A stretch of 64,000 bases of DNA from Trichoplax adhaerens (Eukaryota > Animalia > Placozoa), in contig NW_002060951.1 in assembly GCF_000150275.1 (NCBI RefSeq), positions 989,186 through 1,053,185 of the forward strand, written 5' to 3'. The notes beneath the pieces are model-generated. The model saw only the letters and a list, made by a program, of their open reading frames with translations, did no database searches and was not told the origin of the DNA. Positions 25,981 to 39,600 of this stretch are shown here, one piece after another (the first letter of the stretch is position 1; the number at the start of each line of letters is the position of its first letter). The translations under genes were made by a program, and so were the position numbers.

Positions 25981-28900
25981 ATGCAAAGCTTAATGGCACA
26001 ACTATCCGATCATTATAATGGCCAAGAATGGCAGAATAATTTACATAAATGGATCCATCAACTAGCGTCCATGAACAGTGGAGATGTTCAACTCAATCAG
26101 CAACAAATTCAATCGCTCTTGGACAATTGCGTCAGTAAAATGCATCAGGTCAAGTAAATATTGCATAGATACATTGCAAAGTTTTCTCACTATTTTGCGT
26201 CAAGCTTAGGAAAGCTTGACTATTTCATCAACCATCTTAACGATAGATAATATGTTTAATTGTAAATGTCACTAGATTGATGATATTCATCGTAGAGATT
26301 ACTTGTTGGACTTGATAAAGCTTCTAGCAAATTTTTTCTCAAATACTGCATTAGTGCTGTCAAGTAAGTGAAGTGGACCATCAAGGATGCTAGAGTGCAT
26401 CCTTGTATGTCGATGTGATTCGTATTGCATGAAAATAGGTTAAGACAGATCTTGGATACGATAGAAATCCGATGGGATAATAAATGGCATTTCACACATT
26501 TAAAATAGCATCCATCTCGTGACACTGTTTAGGTGAATTAGCCGCCGGTAGTTTGAATTGTTTACAATTAGTTCTAAGCTGTTGCCAACAATTTTCATCG
26601 GATACCGATATAGCTCAAGCCAAGATGATTTTACTGGTAAGGATTCAATAGAAGAGAGTGTTTCATATTCTTTATTGTCACTTGACGAACCATTTGGATC
26701 ATTTATATACGATTTCCTGTCCTTAATTGTTAAAATACGACTAGAAACGATTGCAGTATAACTTACGTAGAGAAACTTCGCATAGTAATACACGCAACGA
26801 CTCCACTGAAGGCCATCCGGAACTTATGCCATCATCTGAGGTAGGCCCCAAACTTTTTTCACGACATGCTCACTCCACCAACTGTACAATTATTATCAGT
26901 AGTGATGTATTTATAACATTTGCTTGTATTTAGCAATTTATTTACCAGCTAACTTCCAAGTTTGCTAAGCTAGAACGGACAAAATGGAGTCCAAAACTCC
27001 AGTATGTGATATCTGCATAATGCGCATTCGTGAGAAACAGTATGTACGAGTATATAGATCTTATTATAACATAACAAGTAATGATATTCTTAATCGTCAA
27101 TTTAGGTGTTTCCTACCGGTTAGAAATAAATGTGGTAAAATGATTCGTACCTTGACGGAAGATATTCTATTACAATATCTGCATTCCGATAGTTTGCAAC
27201 CTTTGGTAAACATGACTCAGTGTTGAAATACTCGTAATCTACATTCTAATGACTTATTCTTAAAGCGTTTACTCATACATATTTATTAATTAAATTAATT
27301 AACTATTTGCAGATTCTCGAACTAATCAATTTACCTTCTGACTTTATAACTTTAAAGTAATTGCCTCAAAACCTTATTAATATGATCGTTTTAAAATATC
27401 TTTCCGTTATATCTTGAACCCTGGCTGAACAGCCTTGATAAAATTTCATTACTACAACAATAAATGATAATAACTTCATTCTGGTTCTCTAGAGATAATC
27501 AACTGCAAGTTGAAGATAGTATACCTACATCGTTTCTTGAAAGTATTATAGAAATAAACAGAATCAGCAATAAAATTACCGGTACTTTTACAGAGTCTAG
27601 CATAATCAAATGTCAGCAATTTTATTTAAGTAATCGCAGTAATTAATTGTCATCGATGACCAATATAGCATCTTTTATTATTTCAGCTAATATTGGTGAT
27701 GTTTATTGAAAACTTTTTATACAGACAACCGAACTATTGAAATTATAAATACTAGAATTTGGCATCGAAATTTTGATATGTTTGAAAGTGAAGTAAGCTC
27801 ACTGCTATACAATTAATTATCTACATTTTACTCAACTACTATCTTTAGTCTGACTATAGCCAACTCTGATAATGTAATCAATAATTACTAATAACTAATA
27901 CCTCAGTTAATACTGTCATAACTAATTATTAATACAGTTGCTCAAGGTACTAAAAGAGACCATATCATCTGAAGATGTATTAACAGCTGAAGAGATTCGA
28001 AATCATATTCAAGACCATGTTATAGTGAGCCGATTCTACTGAGCTAGAGATTTATTGATATCAATATTCAATTATTTAAAATTTTATTACTAAAATTCAA
28101 TGATCATTTTTAATCAATATGAATCCTCTAGGTGAAAGTGTGCGCTGCTTCGCCGTGTTTATTTGAAGTAGCATCTAGACTATTATGGTTCGTTACATAA
28201 TTTTACCGTAATCAATAGGCTAGCATTTTCTGATAGAAAAATTATCGGATCTACTGCATTCCAACATAATTTTTGCTATGCTTTGCAAATGCTCTAATGT
28301 TAGCTCTCTGACGTTACAATCTGGGATCAACTTAATCTTGCTAACTTTTGTCCAAGAGTTTTTTCGGCTTGTATTGGATTATAACACTCGTAAATCTGAG
28401 GTAGATTAATTAGTTATCGTTTATTATACTTAGCTATATTGATATTGTTTCTACGCCTATTTGAATAGTTTTGCTTTTAAACATACGAAATAATCTTATT
28501 TCGTTAGTGAAAACAGTTATCATAATTTTCGTTAATTTTTTACAGTGCACGCCCATATATGTTAGTATTCCTATTGAATTACGCCAAATTTTCACATGGT
28601 TGACCAGATTTAAAAAATCATCCGATGTGACATCAATTTCCATCATCGCTAAAGAAATGCGAAGTTTATTGAAAGTGCCCTGGTCAATAAATAATCGTAT
28701 ACTCGTATATATATATTTTTGTTATAATCATTCAAAAATTTATGCTTTAACGCTCCTTCAATGAGTGACCGAAGAATTTCACTAACATTTTCATGTTGTG
28801 GTAACAATTAACACGATGGTCTTCGTATCAATATCATCATCTTCAATTAGGATTGATAAAGATCTTTGGTGGTTAATAATATGTTTTGGCCGAATCCTTA

Positions 28901-29737
28901 TGCATGTGGCAATAGATGTGGCACTAGTTGGAAATGAACAGGTCTTCTACAGTGAAAATACTATACTAAAATTAAAGTACATCTTACGATATGCAATGAT
29001 TTTTAATACATCCTCTTAATTAGTATGTTGATGACGCTATTCAAATATTATTTTGGCATGCTACTCCGTTAGTTCGTACACTTGGCACTACAGATACGGT
29101 AAAATGTACTCTCTTTTAAGCATGCATGTATGAGTATTTTCTAACTCTAAAGTATTATTTCTAAAAATTAATCAACTGCTTCTTTGCAGAGCAATTTTCG
29201 TGATTTCGTCGCCTATTTGAGAGATTATATAAAGTCTAAAGGAAATCCTGAAGTATCGATGAATGAAAAAGTAATCCCATTTAACAACTATGGTTTAAAT
29301 ATTGTCGCCAGCTTTGTGATTTTGATGCTACCTTTACACTTATCATCAACATTAGAAATCAAGCGTATATGTAAACCAATTGTATGTAAAACCTTGATAT
29401 CGAATTCAATTTTTCATCGAGATATACGATACCATTACTATCGCTTTCTATTAATACTAAAATCTCTTTTTAGTGTCTAGCATTAATTGGCAATACAAGG
29501 GATTATCTCGAAGTTATATTACACCTTCTTGATGATCATCAAGTAAAATGGAAGAAAATTGATGACACACACATTCATATTTATACTGATATACTTCACG
29601 ATCTGATTCAATCCATCGAGAGCGAATTAAAAGCAATCGATAATAATACTTTAAATCTTAAGAAGAATACAATCAATTACTTAGAAAGCTATAAAAATAG
29701 AGTGCAATCATTAAAGGTTAGGTCAGAGATGATTTGA
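25981..29737 (+). CDS. FANCC: Multi-exon helical protein, tentatively a divergent Fanconi anemia group C (FANCC) homolog
   Basis: About a dozen short GT-AG-bounded coding segments. Exon 1 (MAQLSDHYNGQEWQNNLHKWIHQLASMNSGDVQLNQQQIQSLL) aligns without gaps to the recalled human FANCC N-terminus (..[33 protein letters not shown]). A later LWWLIICFG resembles FANCC LLWLLAFYYG. The gene is likely real; its identity and 3' end are tentative. Confidence 0.55.
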
Positions 29738-30643
29738 CTTGATTCAGTATCTGAACGTGATTGCTTTTGCTGGTAGTAATGTAATTACAGTATAAAGGAG
29801 TTTGTATATAGTAGACATTATCACAAAACATACATTAAAGCTTACGTTTGTTTATTACATATTTCGAAAAGTAATTTTTTCCATACTGCGAATTATCCTT
29901 AATGGCAATGTTCTTCACTTTGGCATGAATAACTGAATAAAAGCATACGTATACGTCTTATAATTTGATAATATCTACTGTATTTTCCCTACCAATAACA
30001 CTATGTACATATAGCGATAGCAATAAAATCGGAAGACGATAATCTAAAATGTTAGAAATGCGGTTTCAATGTATAGCATCGCAAACCATATATAAATTGT
30101 AAATGTCCTTATCGATATAAATAGCTATCGCAAATTTAAAAGCTAAAAAGGAACACAAGGGTTCGGTTATTGATAAAATAATTTCATACGAATATACTGC
30201 AGTTTAAAAATTTTCGGACATTTATAAATATGGAATCTATTATTGACCAATATCAATACAGATATTGGCGAAAAAACGTCCAATGCTAGATTTTATCTTC
30301 ATACTTTACATCAGAAATCGCTATATGGGCTACCATAAGATTTACATAAGACTTGCAAAGACGTTAATGATATTGATAGCATTATAATTAACTCTCAATT
30401 ACATTCCCGGTATAACAAGCCATCAACAATAACCAAAATACAACAATACTAATTCAACAAGAAATCTATTACAGTTGCAACCATTCCAGACTGTACATCA
30501 TAATCAATATCACATTATTATGTCTTAAAAATGCTTATTACATCGGTAAGTACGAAAGTAATGTATCTTTCACCCCGAAGATCTGTAAAATGTGAAAACT
30601 TTCAGTCAAAAAAATTTAACTCAATATTCGATCAGAATTTTCA

Positions 30644-33600
30644 CTAATCTACGGATTTAACGGGGTACTTTAAAGTTGTTTTCAAATTCGGATTATGCTT
30701 CTCTAACGATTCCTTATTATAATACACAATTAAATCCCTCAACGACTGATGTTCACATGGTGTAGCAACGCCATATAGACCACCTTCTTTTACAATTCGC
30801 ACATTATATACACCGCCATTTATTCTAGATGAAGTATAGATTATTTTTAGTTTTCTATTGTATGGCAGAAGTACTGTAGAAGTAACTATACGCAAGGAAT
30901 AATTATTTATTTAGCACTTACGATATGGAAATAGAATAATTTCCTGGAAAATTAATACTCTCTCTAACCAGAAAAGTTCCCGTTGGCTTTCCTAATATAT
31001 ATTTATTAACTTCATCGCTAGATAAAAATATAGCATAGAGAAAGGGAAAGACCTGTTAATAAATCTATGAAGCAAATGCGAACATATAAATATTAAATAA
31101 TACATCAAGATAGTACTTACGGCTTTAGTCTGCCAAATAACCAAGTATTATGGTCTTCGACAGATCTACGACGCTAATTAATTTATCGAAAAGTAAACAA
31201 TCACTAGCTGAATAATCAAGATTAGTTTAACATGCGCAATTTTGTTCTATAATATTCAGATATTCTTAGGTAAAATAAAACGTTCTGGCATATCATTTAT
31301 TCATATTACCGGTGGCCTATATGGATAAAAGATTATGATTAAGAACTCGTATTGTTGTATAAACACATCACCAATTCGCTATCTAAAGGTATTGACTGAA
31401 TCTTACGTCGGTGCAGCTGTATTGTTATATAATTTCCGTATATTATCTTCAGTATAATTAAAGTTCTCCCTTAATATCCTATAAATCAGGTTCAATCACG
31501 TACTTATAAATATGTAATCTATTCCGCGTATATATTTTACTATAGCACCCCTATAAAATTTGGTTATTGAAATCTAATAACAGCAAAAATTAAGTACCGT
31601 TCATAATATTGCTTCTCTTGTCCAATTTGATGTATTTCTGGCTTCATGTCTTCCATTTCACTTTCAATTGATCGCTGGTCACGGTAAAAATTATCAAGTT
31701 CTTTTTTAAACGTTTTTTCTTTCTCCAAAGCTTTATTGTATCTTTCTTTCACAATCGCATAATTATTATGAATCCTTTATTTCGTATCATTTAAAAATTT
31801 TGTTTAGTATAAAATGAAGCAAAGTACTAACATTAAGCTTATAACTTTATAATATCGTAAAAACTTATCAACATACACGCTATTTTTTTCTGGTCCTAAA
31901 CCTTGTCCCGTTCTTGTTTGTTGATCTGAACGTTCATAAAGTAGCTCCCGTTGCTTCTTAAACATATTTACTACTTCACGTTGCGCAGTTAAACAATTTA
32001 AGTGATTTTGAATGGCCTATATTTATTAACGGAACAAAATTTAAATCAGAGGAACGACATATTTTAATAGCGATCCTGTATTGCATATTACCTGTTGACG
32101 TTCCTTTTGCTTATTAATTAAATTATCATACTTTTCCGTTTTTTGTAAATAAGCAACGTGCAATGCTCTCAGTCTTGCTGTTGCATCTTCGCTAGTTATC
32201 GGTCCAGTGCCGTTCTAAAATACGCGATAAACCATACATGTACATTACAATTATATTTACTAAGGCTACACTTCAGCAATCTGCCTTGACAAGTCAAAAC
32301 TTTACTTACTTGGCCTTGACGAGTTATAGGGAACATTAATTTTATATCTAATTCGCGATTATACTGGGCTAGTGATTCTTGTTGATAATGACTGATTAAA
32401 TCAACCACAGATCGAAAACGGAGGGGTTTCGAAAAGCCGTAATGACCATGTTCATGACAAATTCGTATCAGTCGGTCAAATCCGCCTTTTCTAATAAAAT
32501 TAAACAGAATAATGGTGTAAGACTAATATTATTAATAGCAAGTCTTAAAAAACAATTTCGTTATATTGATCTACAATAGATTATTACTTTAAGGTTAACG
32601 TATATTCTCCAGGCACTTTTGAAGCATCACGGACCATAAATGATCCTTCTGGAGTATTTTTCAGCTTTTCAGTAACGTCTTCCCTATAAGATATCGATTT
32701 CAATACGTATCGAAGGTTAACTACAACACTATTTAGTACACAATACTGTTTTTATGTAATTTAATTTTTTTTTTAATACTTTGATATTTTGCCCCAGTAC
32801 CAGTCCATGGTTTCGAGTTCTACTGTATCTTGTGTTTCAAATGTCACTCCTTTAATTAAATATACAAACAATACTGACGTCTTAGACTGTTTCGACTGAT
32901 ATAAAGTCATTAAATAAAGAAGATATACCTGAATTTACTTCCTCATTCCATTTTCCGTATTGTAATAATACGCTTACGATTCGAACATGCAATTTGGCAT
33001 TTGTAACAATTTTCCTGAATAAAAAAAAATTAGATCTTAGTTATTTAAGTTATCACTAATTATTAAATCATAAAATCTTGGTGATCGTGAAAAATACACA
33101 TGCCATATATCTGCATCTTTTGGACGAATAAGAATATTTCCGAAAATACTTGCTAACTGCCTGATGCTTGTACCGTTTGATTCTTGATACTGTAAAACTC
33201 TATACAGATTTTGCTCAGCGTTAATGAATCAATAGAGTACTATTTCGATATTAAAATTGCAATAGGCTAAGTAAAAGAATAAGATTTTACTTCTTCAAAT
33301 GTATCATTAAACATTTCAAAGTTGACTGATGAGGAGCCGATAATTCTCCGCATAGTCCTAAGAGTAAATTTATGGCTTCTCCATCGTCCCTAGAGTCAGC
33401 TATAAATAATAATATTATTATTGTAGCAAGATATAGAACGTTAAAAAAGAATATAAAATTTAACCATTGCTTTTTAAAGATATATTTTGAAACCAATACC
33501 AACCTACAGCATCTATAAATTCGTCATATCTTTTGAACGAAAGTAAAGGTACAGGTAATTCTATTAAATATCTTTTTAAGACACATGCTGCAATATTAGG

Positions 33601-36600
33601 ATCTTGCAGTCGATTATCATCACTAGTAATTTTACTCCAATTCTGGTTGAAGTCAAGCCTTAAATCTAGCACAGTAGATTCATCTACTTTATTGGAATAT
33701 ATGCCTGGCACTTGTAAACCTCCTTTTTCTAATGCTTGAATACATGTTGTCACAACATGGGGGACTTGCTGTTGTACCTGTCGACAACGGATAGATAATT
33801 CCATGCCAAACGCCGGTTGTTGTAAAATGTCATCTTTTCTTGAGCTAATTTTAGGACAACAGGGTGGAAGCTCCGAAATACAAGATCGATGCACGTTGTA
33901 ACCACAATCGCGGCATTGTTCACCTTGTCTGAGTAAGCCAAAAAGGGTTTTTGTACATTTATCGCAAAATGTCAGCGAAGTGTATGTATGAGTTCTAAAT
34001 CGATGCTTTTTAATGGTGTCATCTGTTCTTGATGTATATATAGGAACTGTTAAATGGGCACTAGGATCAGTATCACAGATACCACGACATAATTCATTAA
34101 CGCAATTCATGACAGCAACTCGGTGAAAAGGATCTCGGATACCAAATCTTTCAAGTGTTTCAACATTCAACCGTTTTAAATCTAATCCATTGAATTTGCA
34201 CTGATGAATAAAGTCTACATATTGTGATAAACCAATAGCACACAACCAAATCTTCACAGACTTTACTGGCCATTGCATGTAAGCCTATGAAAGAAAATTT
34301 TAAGGATATCAGATGTTACAGACAAATATTACATAGTAAATATCATATGCATGTATATAGATATCCCATTTTGTATACATACTACATATACCGTATTTAG
34401 ATGCCAGTATAATTAATTCAAATGCTGCAAACAATGTGCCAGAACTTAACATAACGTTCTAATGAAAATGTTCGTTTTACTTACATCCGGATTAGTAGTA
34501 ATTACAATATCATGATTCCATACTTTCGGTTTAGTACAAGGCGTACTTCTTGCAGTATCAATCCAGTCCATATGACAAACTAATTGACAGTCTAGGGAAT
34601 TCACAATGCATGATTTAAAGGAGAGAAGTAGATTGTAAATGCTACAGTTTTATGCTTCTCAACTGGTGTATAGCGGTGTAGAAATTGAGAATGTTATTTA
34701 ACATGATATAAAGGCAAATCAACTATAACATCTATACAGTACAGTAATTACTGCATTGTTTGCTGACATTACGATACCTATCTTAAAACTGTAACGTACT
34801 AATTTTTATAATTATATATTTTATAGCAAATAATGTTAGCGTACTATGTTAAATTGTATTTATTATTTCTTACTAAAGTAAGGGTAAGTATTAAAATGAT
34901 AACAAAGTTCTAAAATTGAGAACTTTTCAATCATAGAAAGTCAAGATACCAGCTGCATCGTAACAAATATTATGATATATCAAGAAGTAATAATAAGGGT
35001 AGGTCAAAATAAGTTAAAATTACTTCATTTTTTTTATAGCTCAGCATCAAATAAATTTAATATTCACCGAATAATGATAGAAAATTACCAATTACTTACT
35101 ATATATTTATTAAAAAGAAGTAAAAATAAATTGTAAAAATAAAATTTACTCCTAAACTGTTCTAATCACATCCATACTGGTGAATATCAAATTCAAGATA
35201 TCACTACTGTTCTGTATCTGATTGTTTTAAACTTGAGATTTTGATTTATCTATCATGAAAATTTTTTTCAATGATTACATAGTCAAGTAAAGCATTGTGG
35301 ATACATCTAGAATCTAGTTTAATTTAAAGTCTTGAGAATAATAAATATCTCTATAGATCAATTTAAAAATATTCTTTCTGTTAATTGACTTCCATCAATA
35401 CTACAGCTATTATTCTGTTGTATAGTAAGCTAAGAGTCTGTTTGACAATTTTTGTTTATCCAAGCTGTATAGTGGATAGATTTACGATACTGATCAGGAA
35501 AAATAGATATGTTTTTTCAATGAAGTAAGGTTGTCAGTTTGTATCATAAAACGATATAATTTATACTAACTTTGAGAAGCGAAAAATATATAAAGAAATC
35601 TTTTCGATTATAACTTAGTTCGAATCTAAAGTATTGTTGGAATTTATATAAATTTGAATAAACTAATTATCAACGTTCAAAACTAACAAGAACAATTGTA
35701 ATATTTCATTATAGTCTACTACACATTTTGGAATAAATAGTAGATTTGCGAATAAAAATGATCGAATGTGTATATATATATATGTATATATTTGTTATAT
35801 TAACGGTAGGCTTGTGCTTATGATAACCGCCATCGGCTATAATTGATATACGTTGCGCATTAGGATACAAATGAATTCTAAGTTTGGCTCTTCAAGCACG
35901 CAATGTCAACTAACGATTTGTTGATATAAGAGATTAAATATGTCAAGATAAAAAATTAAACAATACATAACAAAGGTAAAACGTAGAGCTATACTAGCAA
36001 AACAAGAATCCTAAAGAAATTTATCATGACAGTATGATTAAAAAATTGGAATTCTTTTAATAATATTAGCATTATGAAGCATCAATTACTTCAATAACTT
36101 TGCTATCTTGTCTTTGCGTTTGTAAAACCAGCTTTAAAGGTTCCACAATATGAATAATGCATAATTATATCAATTAATCTGATATGCAATAAGAAATATT
36201 GCAAAGAGGTCACTTTTCAGTGTTCTATCGGGGCATGAAAACATTCCGTATAGCATGATTCATGCGTTGTATATTACTTGTAGTCGACAAATCAAGCTAT
36301 AATCGTAATACTCTACAACGTGACAAAGAGCCAACTTCTGCTATCGTTATTAGAGAGAGATCACAATGACCCCAGTAGAGTAGAGCAAATACACAATATT
36401 ATAAAATTGTCACCGGAAAAGGCATTAAAAAGCTGTCTGTTGCTATGGAATGATGTGACAATTCATACATTATTGTAGTTAGTACAAAAGTATCCAAACT
36501 AGGAAATAACTGGTTACTGAAAATAGCATTATAACGGTGTTCAACAAAAAGAATCATCACACACGAGATAAAAGTAGTTTACTGAAGTGAAGTGGACGAT

Positions 36601-39600
36601 AATATCGTTAATAAAACAATCATAGCAACAAAAAGAATTGACAATCTAGACTAACCTTGACAATAGTAGCCTTCTTTTTTATAACCCCATATGAAACTTT
36701 TACCTAAAAGTCAAAATATTATTATCAATACTTTGTTGTATGAGTATATTATAGCAACAGAATTTTTCGATTAAGCTATTTTAACTTTTAACTTTTCAAC
36801 TGCAAAATTGAATTTTTATTTACATGCTAGTAAATCTAATCAATGCGATCCATAGATAAACATCCTCAATGAATCGACCGATGTCATCAATTTAATCCAA
36901 TTTAAGATCATAATGGTACCCAAGAAAAAATATCCATTACTATGCCGCAGACACAGATAACATATCTTGAATACCTTAACAATAGTATTTGTAGATGAAT
37001 ATAAAATTCATTTACAAATTACTTTAATTGTGCAGTACTGTTATACACCATGAAAGGGGGAAAAAAAAGGAAGAAAGATTATAAATCAATACTGGATAAC
37101 AATATCGCCGATTATAATTATTAACATAATATATAAAAGTTGTAAGATTAATTCATTTTTGGTTATAACATTAAAATGGAAAGCCATGAGCAGTATGCGA
37201 TTTTGATACTTCATTTGGATATCTTTTCCATACATAATATCTATCTACACTCAATACAGTATTGAATGGGTCTAAATTCTCCATCTTGCTCTGTTATCAA
37301 GATATTCTTTTCGTTTGCATTGATTTGATGGTGATTAATTATATTATCAGTAAAAGAAAATGAATAAAACTGCCATCATTTGGATACAAAGGGCAAACAC
37401 TAGGCTTTCCATTAAATTATACCATACAAGAATGATACGTGGCATCTAAAACTTTTGATTAGTTAACTAAACTATTGATTTCTACAGTATAATGATGAAA
37501 TTTATAAAACCGTGTATCCCTGAATCCTATCTTAATTGAAGTAGTCAACCCGTTTCCCTGACATAAGGCAATTTAATCAAGTGAATTGAACATCATTCAG
37601 GATATTAAATAGCAATATTTTATTTTATTGAGAATGAATATGCAATTCCATTTAATATCCTTATAATTACGGTTTATAGCAATATCTTTTATAGATAAAA
37701 TTGTCATTATGATCTTTTGGCAACAAATTCATTTCAGTCATTTTCCATATCCCCCTATGTAGTTACATTTTACAGCAATCTCTTTTATGGATATGGATAA
37801 TTAAATTGTCAACATGATCTATTGATAGCTTGTATCCAATGCATTTTTGGATTTCGATATAGGAAATTGGACTCCATCGATATCCCTTACAATTCCATTT
37901 TAGAGCAATATCGAATGTGGATAAGATCGCCGTTACGATCTTTTTTAGTGACTTGTATCTATCCGTGCCATCTTTGAAAACGACTGTACAAAATTGGATT
38001 CAATTGAAAATTCTCCTATAAGCATCATGCCATCAGATAGGCATTATTTTATGCGAGTTCAAATGGCCCTTACCAGCTACAAATTGAACTTTTCCCTTTC
38101 CGTTCTATTTTGAATTCATACCTTATTTGAATATCTTCCTTGTGTATCTATTGTATCCAATCTATTTTCTTGGCCTTTTTTTTGTTTTGAAATGGAATTG
38201 ATGTATACTAAGTTTACATCCTAGCCTTTAATGGACATGATTGTAAATTCATCACGACGAGACAAGCGCGTTGAATTTGTTCAATAGTAATGACTGCTTT
38301 TCATTTTAATCATCCGGAACTATCCTCCAACTTTTGATCGTTCAACGATCAAAAGTATCATCATTATCATGAGAGATGTTTTCAACCTTCGTATCGATGC
38401 TATTTGCGATCCATCATTCTCCATGTGAATAAAAATTACTCTTGCCTTTCTTAATCTAGTTATCCCATGTTGCTAATTTTGAAAATGAATCAAATTGCAA
38501 TCAACATCTTTGTAACGATGTCTAAGTAAATAAAATCACGTCCATTTCCGAAGGTATACTGTATAGGGTCAATTCATTTGCATCGCTACTAGTAGACAAG
38601 ATGTCGATCTTTCATATGTTATAAGAATGTCCTTGATACGCCTATCATATTATGCAAGTTTGTGCAAGTTAGTATCCCTCTTCTACGATCTTTAATGAGT
38701 CAAAGAATCGAATTGTAATATTGTGCAAGTTTGTATCCCTCTTCTACGATCTTTCATGAGTCAAAGAATCGAATTGTAATATTGTGCAAGTTTGTATCCC
38801 TCTTCTACGATCTTTAATGAGTCATAAGAATGAAATTGTAACATTGTGCAAGTTTGTATCCCTTCTTCTACTGTGTCGATATCCTCCTACTTGAGTTAGG
38901 TACTGGAGTAAGGATGCTTTCATTTAATCCAAGGATATGGTCCCTTCTATCTGTTCAATTTGAAGGTCATCAAGGTGCAATTTCATCATTCTACCTTACT
39001 TTTAGGATACGATCCAGTGTATTGGATCGATCAAGAAGAGCACTAGTTATTCATGTTGAGCGCAACCATTTCTCCTATTTTATGCATTACTAGTGGAGAA
39101 TTCAATTGACGACATGTCTGCTTAGGATAGCCAATCTCTACTTTTACTATTCAAATCTCCACCTTGGAAAGAGACCATCCTAAAGTCCACCAAATAGAGT
39201 ATAATATGACTACCTACGCCCAAGTTAAGATGCAATCCAAGATACAATTTCCCTTGCAACGAACGGAGACATTCTCTTAATTGAATCAATCCCCTACTAT
39301 TGATATTCTAATTATCCTCATTCAATATCGATTCTTTAGGCTAGCCTTAAATGAGAATGATATTATCTTGATCAGCAGGAGGTCCAAATTGAGTTTTACA
39401 TTTCATTTTTCTTCACCTAGTATTGGCGCAGTTCAAAACAACTATTTGTCCGTAGAAAAGAGGATATTATTCCTTTTCAACGGGCCTCCAGCTGGGATAA
39501 CAAGATACTGCCGACTGTAAGGAAAAATTCCAAGTGCTACAGTCATACAGTAGGGGAAAACTCAATGGAAATCATTATCTTGCTGTTTAAACTCTATTTA

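Noticed and set aside
34270-34295. U12-type branch-like string (ATCCTTAA) before a p85 acceptor
   Set aside because: The matching donor is a standard U2 GTAAGT, so there is no evidence for a minor-class intron.
38330-38356. 13-bp perfect inverted repeat ACTTTTGATCGTT-C-AACGATCAAAAGT
   Set aside because: It is an isolated intronic palindrome with a 1-nt loop and no supporting context; bacterial-type terminators do not apply here.
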